From Cetorhinus maximus (Eukaryota), in the NCBI RefSeq assembly GCF_964194155.1, contig NC_135902.1, positions 46,624,001 to 46,688,000 on the forward strand: DNA of 64,000 bases. Reading direction: 5' to 3'. Below are positions 48,965 to 61,650 of this stretch, piece after piece. How positions within the stretch are numbered: position 1 is the stretch's first letter; each line of letters begins with the position of its first letter. The translations under genes were made by a program, and so were the position numbers. The notes beneath the pieces were generated by a model. It saw nothing but the letters and a program-made list of their open reading frames with translations. It did no database searches and was not told the origin of the DNA.

Positions 48965-50739
48965 TAATGAAACTGCCCTGCTAGGAATGGGTTTTTGGAA
49001 GCTAAAACCTGCTGAACTCGAATGAGGCCATTCTTAATGGCCCTCTTGTTTGAAGCCGACGTGATATGCAAGAAGTACCAGTTTGGACAGGTAATTTTGT
49101 CTGAATCGAATCCACATTCCTGGAAGTTGTGGATTTAACCTCTTGACTGCTGAAGCTAAATTCGAGGATTGATCAGAAATTGCTCCTCGGCCAAATAATC
49201 AGTGATTCTGAAATGTAAAATTACTGTTAAGCAGGCAATCATTTCTAAACAGCAAGATCGTCTATACAACAATAAGATGAATGATCAGTTCATCAGTTTT
49301 AGGTTTACTGGCAAAGGTGGTATTTTGGCCACAACATGGGTAGAACATCTTGCTCAATTGTGCTGTGAGCTCTTCAACATTCACTTGAGCAGGGAGATGG
49401 GGCCTTGGTTTAACATCTTATCTTGAGTATGTTTCTTTTCTAATTTTGATTGGTGACTGTCTTTTTAAATTCAGTCAGAATACGTCACTTTTTCCTGTTG
49501 TGCTTTTTCTGTTGAACCAGATTAATCATTTCTGTTTCATTTAAATTTACTGTGTGCTTTTAAAAATTTCATTCTGTATTCAAACATCTAGAAGAAGTGT
49601 GATCTATGTCAGATTCCTCTGTCCATGCGCTGTTATGGCTGGGCGATAGCCTTCTGTCCCACACTCCTTGCACAGAGCTAGGAAGCAAGCGAGAGACGGA
49701 AGAAGGAAGTCTTATCCAAAGTGAGATGTCACAAATTAAAATGGAGGGCTTCTCTAGGAGATGCAGAGTTTGATTATCATCATTTGTACTTTGATGGCCA
49801 ACACAGACCAGTATTATCAGTATTTTAGCTGTGATATATTTTCTGACACTCTGCACAACCAACAATTATGGTATTAATGTGAAGTGCGGTTTAAAAATAA
49901 AGCACCTACAGACACCAGGCTTATGGCTTAGAGGTCTTTGTTTTTGTGCAGATTGTTCGAGGACGAGGCCAATTTTGCTAATGATTGCCAAAAGGACTGA
50001 GGTTTGCTAGCTCAATCACTGTACATTTGCACCCCAATATGAATTGTTGCTTCAGAGAGGGATAGGGAGAAAATGTAATTACTGGTATTTACCATATTAA
50101 AAATTGAAATATTCTTTAGAAACCCTGTAAAATTAAACAACTCACTCTGTTTTGTATTCTTTTTCTGTTTGCACCATTTAAAATTGCGGAAAATTCACAG
50201 CCAGAAATTGATAGCAATTAGTATATTAAACAATTGCTATGATACCACTGGCATTCTGTAATTCACTCTAAGAATTGAGACCAGGAAACCTTTAAAAGAA
50301 AATTGTATCCTTCCAGTTTAGCTAACACTGGTAAGGTCACATTTATTGCCCATCCCTAGTTACTTCCAGATGGTGATTGACCTTCTGCTTAAACTGCTTC
50401 AGTATTTGCAGTTATAATTTTGGGTAGTGAATTACTTTATTGACCTGCGACAATGAAGGAATCGCAATGTATGTTCAAGTCGGAATGGCCCACAACTTGG
50501 ATCGGAACTTGGAGGTGATGTTCCGCCCATGATTTTGTTGCTCTTGTTCCTCTCTGTGCTCGTGTACTAGCATCTTTAGGCTCCCCCTGCATTAGATATA
50601 TCAATCCCTGTATTGTATGATAGCCAGAGGAAGATGCAATACTGGCTGCCAGTTGCATTGAGTTGAGTGACAGAAGAGTTCTGGGGTGCATGTGAGTTTT
50701 GCTTCCCCGCCAGTTATTGTTTGAGAAGTCAAAAGTGTC

Positions 50740-50950
50740 AGCCGTTGCTCAGGTGGTAATTGGCCTCTGACCTCTGAGTCAGCAAGTTGTGGGTTCAAGC
50801 CTCATTTCAGAGACTTGAGCACAAAAACTGAAGCTGACACTCCAGTGCAGTATTGAGAGAATGCTGCACTCAGAGGTGCCATCTTTCAGATGAGATATTA
50901 ACTTGAGGCCATGTCTACTCTCCCAGGTGGATGTAAAAGATCCCATGCAG
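50740..50950 (+). mobile_element. 5' half of a DeuSINE-type SINE (3' half at 52766-52990)
   Basis: The head ...gggttcaagcc...gtaaaagatcccatg stops at the transposon and resumes as tattttgaagaaaggcaagggag. Confidence 0.8.
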
Positions 50951-50952
50951 TG

Positions 50953-52765
50953 CCATTGATTGCACAGTTTAAGTCGACTTTTGGATCCTTCAAAAGTCAT
51001 TCCAAAAATGGGGGCCAACTTAGATGCCGAGTATAAAATGTGAGCTGTGGTGTGGGCGGTTGCCATTTTAAAATGTGAGGGGAAAAAAATGTCACAATTT
51101 AATATGAATTACCCTTGTTATTTATTGAATGAATTAATTCTACGAAGATACCTTTAACCCCAATCAAACCATTTTAAAACCAGAAAAAGTTCCTTGTCTT
51201 GGTGTCCAATGCAGATAGTTCATCAAATTCATTCCAAGTCACTTTGTCTATAATGTCATCACAAGGATCCCACTGTGGATCAAATATGATGCTTTCAGTT
51301 TCAGAATTATCTCTCCATAACAAATCATCTTCCTCTCCATCCATTGACTTGGATATTCTGCACTTTTTGAACGATCTGATGACACTTAATGCACTACCAG
51401 CGTCCCATGATTTGATGATGACACCAGACTAAGCATCAAGTGGGGCAGTGCACATATTTACACTCTTTGTGAAGGTTTTCTCTCTGTCAACCACCCACCT
51501 ATCCCATTTGGTGTGAACATGATCCTTGAATGGCTTGTTGAGGCACATATCCAGAGGTTGAACTACAGAAGTTCGACCCCTTGGTATAACTACAATATGG
51601 GTTTTGTTTCTCTGCCGGGGCCTCTTGATCTCATTGATTACGTGGGATCTGAACATGTCCCACACTAATAAGCTGCATTCTCTACGTAGGCTACCGGGAA
51701 ACCTATTCCACACATCATCGATCCATAATTTCACTCCATCCTCATCCATTGAACCTTTGTCATGGACGTGCACAAAATCTCCTGCAAGGAGCTTGATTTT
51801 TGGCATGGTTTTACATTTACACATTGCCATAGGCTTTAATTTTGTTCCGTTGGCCAAGCAGGCTAGTACTACTGTGAATCTTGTCTTCCCATGTCCTGTG
51901 GTTTCTCTAGAACTGTTTTCAAACATTTCCATTCCACAGTTGTTGCTGGACATATCAAAATTCATGGGTATTTCATCCATGTTGTTGATGTGACATAATG
52001 ATTACTTTTGCTGCTAACGAGGAATCACTGGAAACTGGTATTTTCAGCATTGAGGTCTTTTAGTACCCTCTGAGTGATCTTGTCCTCCTGCTGCAACACT
52101 AGACATTTTCATTCCATAAAACAGCTACACCAACTAGCAACTCTGAAATCTTTGCTGAACTCAGGGTTTGTCTTGGCCCACTTAAGTGCGTATAAACACA
52201 TTGCTTTTCTGGTGACGATGAAACCATTCTAACAATTTTCAAGGACCCATTCCGATACATACTTAAGATCAGGCCAGTGGCTGGTCCCTGTTCTTGGGCA
52301 CCATCTTCAGGGTTGATTTCTCCTCCTTCCGTTCTTGCACCAGTTGTCCCTCTGATATCAAATTCCCTCGCTGCAGCACAGTTATTTGATGAGTTAGCAA
52401 ATATTACGACTGTAGCTTGAAACCAGCTTCAGACTTCATTGATTTTGTTGGAAGACTTAATTCTCCTCTTTGTCCACCACGTGTTGTCTGCTCTGTGTGC
52501 GCGTACTGTACACACCCACGCATCTTCGCAACACAGCCTACGTCGCCTGCTTGCAATTAGTGATAAGTATGTAAAACTTACATTTGTGGGGTGAAAAATT
52601 GAGGCTGACCACTAATGCGAGCATAGCATGTTGTGGCTGAAAGTGGGGGGGGTGGGGGGAGCGGGGTTAACTTATACACCGAGCATATGCAAAAACACCA
52701 TTTTTGGGGCTGGAAAAATGGGGTCATCAAATACATCGGGTTGTCTTTTATGCCATGATCTACGA
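50953..52765 (-). mobile_element. Near full-length decayed pogo-family (POGK/Passer-like) transposon
   Basis: ORF 51429-51980 reads MDEIPMNFDM...TTGHGKTRFTVVLACLANGTKLKP...LLVWDMFRSH...VVQPLDMCLNKPFKD, a pogo DDE_1-type domain. Degenerate CCGTA-type termini, with TA on the right flank. Confidence 0.88.
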
Positions 52766-54044
52766 TATTTTGAAGAAAGGCAAGGGAGTTATCACTAGTG
52801 TACTGGCCAATATTTATTTCTCAGTCAACAATACTAAAACAGCTTATCCGGTTGTTATCACACTTTTGTTTGGGGGAGCTTGCTGTGCGCAAATTAGCTT
52901 TCATGTTTTCTACATTACAACAATGACTCCGCTTCAAAAATTCGGATATTCTGATGTTGTGAAAAGTGCAATAAAAATGCAATTCTTTTTTTGTTGTTGG
53001 GTGGGGTAGTGGGGGGGTGGTTTTGGATGGGTTGGGGGTGAGTTGCAAGCTCGAGAGCTCCAGTGGACTGAATGGAGCATTTGAAATGTAGCCTTGCCTT
53101 GTACTACACCTGGTAAAAGTTCCAAGCAGTCCATGACTATCTTCTTTGGGGTAGGAAAGGACAGAATGTATGTTTGTCAGTGGCTTTCATCTCCTTGGAC
53201 ATTCCAAAGCCCGTGATGCCCTGCTTTTAAAATGAGTCACTGTTTAGGAAAATATGGCAGCCAAGTGCAAATGAGATAAATGCCACATTACACATGATGC
53301 TTTATGTGGTGTTGATTGGGGCGAAGGGGTTGTGGGGCAGGGGGTGGTGGTTGTGGATGAGAGAGTGTGTGGATTCCTGCTCTGTGTCTCATTCCTGAAT
53401 CATATTGATGCTTTTACCTTGATGTCTTCCGGTGGACTCTTTGGATTTTATAGAGCGATAGTATGACACCAATATTGTTATTTGCGCAGCATTTTGGTAG
53501 TATTTGGGCCTGTTCGTGGAACTTGTTAATTATAGCCAATTTTTGTATACATGGTTAAATAATTATCATTCAAATCTATTTAAGATTGCAATATTGAAGC
53601 AACTACACTAAATGTATGTGTTGGTTATCTAGCTTATTTATCTGGCTCAGTAGTTAATATTTCAGTCTTCAGCAAATTTTTTATGGGTGAGAGATTTTAC
53701 CCTCAGTGTGAGGATTGGATCTGGTATGGTATAGAACATTTGTTTTCGCCTCCTGTGATTACACCAGACATTTATAGATAGCTATAACTATGGCTAAGGA
53801 GGATGTTAAAATTCCTGCATATATTGCTTTAAGCCTAATGTCAAACCATCTGCCACTATTTGAACATTGTACTTGTTTACTGTATAATTTATCCTTTTGA
53901 GGAAGATGGTTATAGTTAGTTGTGAATTATTGGGTACCTGTTGCTGTGCAGTTATCTGTTCGCAATTCTGAATGCTGTTAATGATAGACGAGACTTCAGT
54001 CTTGTCTAACTGCATTAGGCCTGAGCTCAGATCACTTTTAGTTC

Positions 54045-54160
54045 AATAAAACCTGAAAATGCTGGGAATATTTATTAGGTCAGGTAGCATTTGTGGAGAG
54101 AGAAGTGGAGTTAGCGTTTCAGGTTCATGATCTTTACCAGGCTGGAAAAAGTCAGATGTG
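54045..54160 (-). mobile_element. Degenerate PLE-B pLTR
   Basis: aataaaacctgaaaatgctggg...ggtcaggtagcatttgtggagagagaa...gttagcgtttcagg. Confidence 0.65.
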
Positions 54161-55423
54161 AATGGCATCTTTGTGTATAAATGTGATAACAGAGCGTTAA
54201 ATTGTAATCAGTTTGCCATGTGTGCCGGCAAGAAATTGTTAGATTGGTAAATCTGGCAACATGCTTCCTATATATTCTGACTTGATTTTGTGAAAATTGT
54301 GAAAGTGGGCCAATTGCTTGCGCTCCAGTAACAGGGCAAGTTTAGCCTGTCGGGCACCTGTGTGTGCTTGGGACATTTCCACTTAACTGTTCTATGGCAA
54401 TTCAATGAAATTTACTATTGATGCCTGTGTTATTGATGTGCTACAATCTAGAGTTTGTCATATGAACAGTGCAAATACTATTTGCAGGATTTATCCTTTC
54501 ATGTTTAGTCTGGCATAGGTGAAGTTTAAGAAGACTGTCTAAAAAGTGCGAAGAAGGCAAGTTAAACTTTTTTTTTGTATCAGTACAAAAAAAGTTGACC
54601 TTCGCAGATGATATTATGCTTGTGTACCTAAAGAGTTAATAGAAATGTCTGCATGTATTGTAGTGACCTTCAAAAATAGTTTAAATGAGGTAAGCACAAT
54701 GGGGTCAAAGTTATTTTGACACCACCATAAGCATCCAAGTGTAGCTTGACAAATTTTGCTTGTTGCATAACATAATAAATGCGATGCATCACCATGTTGA
54801 TGCAGTAATTTTGACCTTGATGTGAAATTTTAAATGGAGAATGTTTGGCACTTTTGGAGAAGATGGATTGAGATGCAGCAGGTTTCTACCAATCATAAAA
54901 ATCTGTTGTCGAAACATTTTCTTGTGTTGGTGATATAAGTGGCTTTCATTGCTTTGGGGATTGATCTTACAAGTGAGATTTTAAACTTGCCCTGATCTTG
55001 GGGTGGGGGGGCGCGGGGGCTGCAATATTTTTTACCTTTAATGGCAGAAAGTCAAAATGCAAGATGTTTCTGGTACCTTCTGAGCGTTTTTCTTAGGGGA
55101 AATTACTGTTCTTCATTTCCTTGGCCAGTGCACATGAGCATTGGCCTCCAGTGTCACTTTTAGCTCTTTGATTTGAACTAAGTTGTAGTATTTCATGTTG
55201 CTTGGTTTAGTATACTTCAGAGGTTGCCACTCCGTTTCAATGAATCAAATGTTTCTGTAGGAAAACCAATAGCATTTCAGCAGCAACCTTTTCTATTGAC
55301 ATTTCCTCCATGATTACTGTTGGGACCGTGAATGGTCTGCATTTCACTCTAATTAGAAACAGCCCAGTCTCTCAATTGATGTGGGAAACAATGAGCTTAA
55401 GTGGGCAAATATAACCTTCAAGA

Positions 55424-55741
55424 TAAAAACAAAAAACTGCGGATGCTGGAAATCCAAAACAAAAACAGAAATACCTGGAAAAACTCAGCAGGTCTAGCAG
55501 CATCGGCGGAGAAGAGCAAAGTTGACGTTTCGAGTCCTCATGACCCTTCAACGGAACTAAATAGAAATAGGAAAGGGGTGAAATATAGTCAAACCAATAT
55601 AGGGGCTTATATTTCATCCCTTTCCTATTTCTACTTAGTTCTGTTGAAGGGTCATGAGGATTCGAAACGTCAACTTTGCTCTTCTCCGCCGATGCTGCCA
55701 GACCTGCTGAGTTTTTCCAGGTATTTCTGTTTTTGTTTTGG
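55424..55741. mobile_element. Young foldback PLE-B insertion (~135 bp arms) with exact 13 bp TSD
   Basis: Arms at ~55453-55587 and ~55608-55742. TSD ataaccttcaaga at 55411-55423 and 55742-55754. Confidence 0.92.
55637..55675 (+). ncRNA. Minimal type I hammerhead-ribozyme-like motif (PLE-B)
   Basis: AGUU-CUGUUGA-A-GGGUC(augag)GAUUC-GAAAC-GUC-AACU. Stem I AGUU/AACU, stem II GGGUC/GAUUC, palindromic ACGU stem III and a GUC triplet. The core is non-canonical at position 6 (A to U). Confidence 0.6.
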
Positions 55742-56270
55742 ATAACCTTCAAGACCCCTAGTCTTATTGTTCACTGTGACACAGCCCATAAATCCAAATT
55801 GAAGATAGACCAGCTTAATCCACAGCTTTGTATGTCAGGGCAGGGTTGTGCTTTGATTTGTTTTGTCTATTTTAATGTTTTAGCTTTGCAGCTGAGCCAT
55901 GATACTTGTGCCCAACTGAATGACAGAGAATCTGGTAGAACAAGGTTTGTGGGGGTTGTTGAGGGGAGGGGGAGTGGGAACTGCTGTTGTGAAGAAAAAC
56001 AGTTCCATGCCAATAAATACCTCAATCAGTTTAGATCTGATTTTGTTTAGATTTGTGTAATATAACTGGAAGCATTCAGTTTTTGATTTCTGCATCCCAG
56101 AAATAATTGGATTGAAATGGAAATGATTCCTCACCTTGAGATGCATTTGGTGTTTTTTACTATTAATTTATAAATATTTGGATAAAGCTTGCATAACAAG
56201 TCCTGTCAATGAAGCAACATTTATTTAATTAATTATGTTGCAGACTTCAGGATTCATCAGCTCTCAACAT

Positions 56271-57087
56271 TGTTAAGAAACTCAAATACTTACCTCCTTT
56301 AGTTCGTAGAACCTTGGGCCTCTTGCTCATGTACTGGCTGGGAAGTGGCTGCACATCCGCAGCTTGGTGCAGAGTAATAGGCTCTGAATTTAAAAAAAAA
56401 AAGCTCCAGGGAGCAGACTATAAGCGAAGAAGGCATTAGGGAAGCCCTGAAAATTCAAGAAGGTTGCAGAAGTTTGCTGACTCCGTGCTGTGGGTCGTTG
56501 GGTCAGAGGTGCCCCTTCAGAGCAGTGGTGTTCTGCTTGGCACAGCTGAAGATCTGGGATTTGCTGGAAGGTGAAGCTTGAGTGTACTCTGAAGGCAAGA
56601 TTGAAATCCTATGGGGTAGGTCATTGTTGAAGCCATCTGAGTGGGAGTGACTTTTAGAGAGAATTTCAAGGCAAGATCTTCAAATGTGGAGATTAGAAAC
56701 CCTCGTGAAAAATATGAAGTTTCAGTGAGATTGGTTGGCTTGCAATGTGACAAATGTCTGGGTGGGTTGTTGAGAAATCCATAGAATCTATTTTGGTCAC
56801 ATCTGTCATCTATTGTGTAGTGTGGTGTGTCCGACCACATTTCATCTGCTAATTCACACATACCTCAAACTTATCCTGAATGCTAGAGTATAAGGTAGAT
56901 ATTGTAAATTGCCTCATCTTTCTAAACTTGTACAATAAAGTTTATTTTTTATTTGTTCCAAACCCATGAAATCTTGTGGCTTTATTCACTTAGTAAGTTC
57001 TTGACTCTCAATCTACTTTAAACAAAATGTTAATGGTCCCTAACCGGATCTCCGCCACGTCCCGGGGTCTGGCCAAAGATCATAACA
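56271..57087 (+). mobile_element. Probable solo LTR
   Basis: Termini TGTTA...TAACA, flanks acat/atat, and AATAAA at ~56934. The 3' end resembles 35440-35533. The 5' boundary is uncertain. Confidence 0.5.
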
Positions 57088-57247
57088 ATATAGGGTAACA
57101 AAAGAAGAGTAAAGTAATGCAAGAAAAAATATGACCAAATCACTAATATAATGGGAGACCTCCGTCTTTCCTAATTGGAGTTACGAATGTTCAGAGATGC
57201 ATAAGCAATCCTGAAAATGGTAAATAAACTAAAGGCACATCAAAATA

Positions 57248-58350
57248 TGTATTATTTACAGAATAAGTGTTACTAAACCTTGGGACCAGTGTTTGTTAAA
57301 GCTTAAATTTCCAATACCAAAGGAGAAATTTTGAAATATGTTGTGTCATGTTAGTGTTACTGCTATTTACTCACATAAAGTCTTAAAATTGGGAATGTTT
57401 TTTTCAACACATGCTGTGGACAGTTACTCAATTTCAAAACACAGTTAGAATACTGCTGTTGACTGAAGATATAACAGCCAAAGGTGAATAATTAAAATTT
57501 AAAAGTAGGCCAGTAAAATGCAGCTTTATGATTGCTATTAGATTATTAAAATTCTACCTGCATGAAATATGTGGACATGGTAATGTGTGTGTATATAATT
57601 CAAGCTTCCTTTGCTTTATAAGTCTGCTGCATTTTTATTGAAGTGGAGTTCTTTTTTTTAACATGCAGGACAAACTACGACGACTAATCAGCATTGCTTC
57701 TCTGTTCGTTCCCTCCCCCTCCCAATCCCTTCCCACTTCCTCTGGAAGTAATCTCTTTTGCGTTGATTTTAGTTTTAATGCTCACAATGTCTGGGGTAAC
57801 CAACGCTTGTTATGAGAACATGTGGGCACAGTATTATTTTTGATTCTTTTTGGACAAACAATTTCATTCATTTGACGGCAAACGCATGGACTGGCAACTA
57901 AACTCCACAGGTGCCCGAAGAGAATGGATGAGATTTAGAAGCATAAAGAAGAAAAGTGACTTAACTTGCTGATTAATTGCAGTGAGAAAGGAAGTGCTGG
58001 GGGTGCTGGTGACAAGAAAGACAGTTCTTTAAAACCCTCCCTCCCCTCCCCGAGTAACTGTACGCAGCATGTGTTTAAAAAACGCTCCCAATTTTAAGAC
58101 TTTTAATGTTATATGAGAAAATAACAGTAACACTAACAAAAGACCGTACTGACACAATGCGACGGGTGTTGACGTTTCAAGTCCTCATGACCCTTCAGCA
58201 GAACTGATTAAAGTTAGGAGAGGGGTGAAATATAAGCTGGTTGCATACTGACACAACATATTTCAAACTTTCTCCATTGGTATTGGAAATTCAAGCTTCT
58301 AACAAAAACTGGTCCCAAGGTTTAGTAACACTTATTCTGTAAATAATACA
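57248..58350. mobile_element. Non-coding foldback/MITE-like element with ~180 bp inverted repeats; right arm interrupted by a PLE-B fragment (58158-58245)
   Basis: 57248-57429 is the reverse complement of 58052-58157 plus 58246-58350. The PLE fragment has TSD tactgacacaa at 58147-58157 and 58246-58256. Confidence 0.8.
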
Positions 58351-58409
58351 CACCAGAATGCTGTTTCCTGCTTGGAGAAAGCTTTCAGTACCTTGCCAGC
58401 CAACTCTTT

Positions 58410-58785
58410 AGTGTCAGCCTTGGCTCAGTGGTAGCAGTCTCACCTCTGTGCAAGAAGGTTGTGAATTCAAGCCTCACTCCGAGGAGGTGCCAGCTTTTAG
58501 ATGAGACGTAAGATCAAGGCCCCTTATGTTCCTTGAGTGGATGTAATAAATTTCTTGTGACTATTTGAAGAAGAACAGGGGTGTTTTCCCTGGTGTGCTG
58601 GCCAGCATTTATTCTTCAATCAACACTCAAACATATTATTGGGTCATTTATTTCATTGCTGTTGTGCGAGCTTGTTGGTTGCAAATTGGGTGCTGCATTT
58701 AATACATTGCAACATTGATTATAGTACTTAATGGGCTGTAAAATGCTTCGAGATACCCTGAGACTGAGAGGTTCTATATAAATGC
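58410..58785 (+). mobile_element. DeuSINE-type SINE
   Basis: Head ggctcagtggtagc...gaattcaagcc and a core matching 62080-62530. Confidence 0.75.
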
Positions 58786-58789
58786 CCCC

Positions 58790-59420
58790 GGGAATGTTTG
58801 TGCACAAACCTTTGAAGGTGGCAGGGCAGGTTAACAAATAAGTCAATAAAACATGCGAGATCCTGAACTTTACAACAAAAGCCAAGAAGTTATGCTAAAC
58901 CCACATTAAATACTAGTTCTGCCCCAGCTATTGTGTCCATTTCTGGGCACCACACTTTAGGAAAGACTTGAAGACTTTGAAGAGGGTGCAGAGGAGATTG
59001 ACTAGAATGGTTCCAGGAAAGAGGGGTTACAGTTACATGGATAAACTGGAGAAGCTGGGGTTGCTCTGCTTAGTGCAGAGAAGGCTAAGAGGAGATTTGA
59101 TATTGATGTTTAAAACCATGATGCATTTAGCTAAGGTAACTCAAAATAAACTGCTCCCATTGTCTGAAGCATTAATAAGCAGAAAGCACTGAGTTAAAGT
59201 GATTGGCAAAAGAACCAGAGGCGACATGAAAGATCACTTTACCCAACAAGTGGTTAGGATTTAGAATGCACTGCCTGATTGGCTGATGGATGCAGATTCA
59301 GAAGTAGCTTTCAGAAGGGAATTGGATAAATTCCTGAAGGGGAAAGATCATGGGTAACTGGATTGCTCTCCTAAGGAATCGGCACAAACTCAATCCTGTG
59401 CTGTGCTACCATATGATTCT
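58790..59420 (+). mobile_element. CR1 LINE 3' fragment
   Basis: ORF 58968-59192 encodes LKRVQRRLTRMVPG...LEKLGLLCLVQRRLRGDLI. Confidence 0.88.
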
Positions 59421-60114
59421 AGGTCATTTTTTTCCTAAAAATTGTGCACCGTTGTCTGCCTGCCTTGTAGGTTGTGGAGTGGAAAAACAAAAGTGTTATT
59501 TTTAGAAAATGGCAACAAAACAGTCAAAGAGGCGTGGAGTGTAGCCAGTGAGTGTGTTGCAATCTGATATGAAAACAATCAATGAAATAAGTTCAGAAGA
59601 TATTTTTTAAAAAAGAGAAGTTAGAAAATGACTGCATAGAAAGAGGAACCAATGCAGGTTCTTAATGATTAAAATCTCTGAATGCCATCTTGGTTTGTTG
59701 GTCATCTCATGCCAGTCAAAAAAAGACTTGTGTAACTTAGTACAGAATATTTTTAAACTTAGCTGTTGAGTTAGCTTTTAAGTTTTAAGACAAGCGAGAC
59801 AAGGAAGGACAGTTTGAAATGTTCTGGCCAAAGAGAACTGTTTAGAATATGATTTGGTTTATCTGAAGATAGGTGAAAAGATCAGGGCAGGTAAAAAAAC
59901 TCTTCAAGGTTTCAAGACAATAGCGGAGAATGAGCAAGGGGAATGTTTACCCAAGCATCAATGTTGGCAAATTTTCTTTTGCATTAGCAAACTTCCTTTC
60001 ACTTAAAAATAGACCATGTGTTGCAATCATCCATGTTATTGGTTATTATGGCCTTTATAAACCATACCAGCTGAACATCTGTAGCATTGTTCAGAAGAAG
60101 TCTGGAACATGTTT

Positions 60115-60572
60115 TGCTCTCTCTCGTCCCATCTCTCTCTCTCTCGTCCCATCTCGCTCACTTCTCCTCCCCCTCTTGCTTGCTGGCCCCACCTCTTTCT
60201 CCACCCCTCGCTCGCTGGCCCCACCTCCCCCTCCCCCCCTCTCGCTCGCTGGCCCCACCTCTCCCCCCCCCCCCCCCCCTCTCGTTCACTGACCCCACCT
60301 CCCCCCTTGCTCACTGGCCCCCACCCCCCTGCTCGCTGACCCCACCTCTTGCTTGCTGCCCCTACCTCTTCTCCCCCCCTGCTCGATGGCCCTACCTCTC
60401 CATCCCACCTTGCTCGCTGGCCCTACCTCTTCCCCCCCACCCCCCACTCGATGGCCCAACCTCTTCTCCCCCCCTGCTCGATGGCCCAACCTCTCCACCC
60501 CACCTTGATCGTTGGCTCTAGCTCTCCCTCCCCTTCTCCTCTCTCTCGCTGACCCCACCTCTCGCTCGCTGG

Positions 60573-60626
<54 letters not shown>

Positions 60627-60690
60627 CCTCTTGCTCGCCCCCACCTCGCGCTTGCTGGCCCCACTTCCCTCTCTCTCTCGTCCCCTTGCT
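60115..60690 (+). repeat. Pyrimidine-rich minisatellite (core ctcgctggccccacctc + C/T tract) with a (CT)n microsatellite
   Basis: More than a dozen degenerate units of ~25-35 bp, and a (CT)n run at ~60574-60624. Confidence 0.9.
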
Positions 60691-61479
60691 GCTGATCTGG
60701 CTGCAGCTTTCAAAGCATTACTTAAACATGGTCTGTACAGAGGTGGCCTCAATAGATCCTGAGATCAATTAACTGTTGTTGGAATTTTTCTAGATTGGTT
60801 AGTTCTTGTATTTGGGCCAGGTTATCTCTAAATTAATGAGTGCCTTTGATTTTTGCGTACAACCTCAGAGGAATGGCTCAGTAAATCTGAATTTCCGGCC
60901 TACCTACTTGTTAAAATTTCTGTATGATTAAAAGAATGGACAAGTTAGGCAGTCAGAGAAAGAAAAGATCCAAGAAAACTGCTGTGAATGAAAGGAGAAT
61001 AAAAGTCAGAAAACCAGCTTGGAAGTTAGTTAAAAGTTGAAAATTAATTGAAGACCTTGAAAAACACTTGATTTGAAATTAACTATTTTCTCGAGCAGTG
61101 GTTATGTGGCCAAATTATTCTACTATTGTGCAACATTTCTGAAGGCATCCATTTGTAGTAGTGAAATGTGTATTTGATTGCCGAAGCTGACCTAGTTTTT
61201 GACATCATTGTATATAAGCAAATTCAATGTTTATTGTTAGAATATGTTCTCATATGTGAATACCATTCCTTAGGTTATGACAGAACAACTTTATCACAGT
61301 TTCAGATTGATGTCAATTTCCCCTGATGGTTTTCTCCTCCAAGCTTCCCTTATCTCAGGCAGGCAGTTCCATCAGTTTTGTTTGCTCTCCATGATCCTGT
61401 TCAACTGGCAATTCTTGATGTATGAACCTTGGTAGTTTGTGTTCAGCTGTATTACCCAGTACTGCCCTCACCTGATACC

Positions 61480-61650
61480 CACACACATGCACTTTCAGGA
61501 ATCCTGCTCCTTCAGATACCATGCCTTGAGGGCGTTGACAACCATGAACTCCCATTGGATTGTCCATGATTACGCTTGGCAAAGTACTGCAGTGATTTGC
61601 CGTTGCTTTCTGCAGTGTGCCTGACCAGGAAACTCTTCCGCTCTTCACCG
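61480..61650 (-). mobile_element. RTE 5'UTR-like / bipartite RTE-derived fragment
   Basis: The reverse complement ggcaaatcactgcagtactttgccaag...catggacaa resembles the RTE/Bov-A motif ggcaacccactccagtattcttgcc...catggac. Confidence 0.45.

Noticed and set aside
54565-54596. Small hairpin aac(t)n-gta-tcag-tac(a)n-gtt resembling a terminator
   Set aside because: Made mostly of homopolymer runs. Intrinsic terminators are not relevant in a eukaryotic intron.
55372-55752. Overlapping sense and antisense ORFs with near-identical peptides
   Set aside because: Artefact of the palindromic PLE insertion.
59930-60772. Cluster of Pro/Leu- and Arg/Glu-rich ORFs
   Set aside because: Produced by the stop-poor low-complexity repeat.
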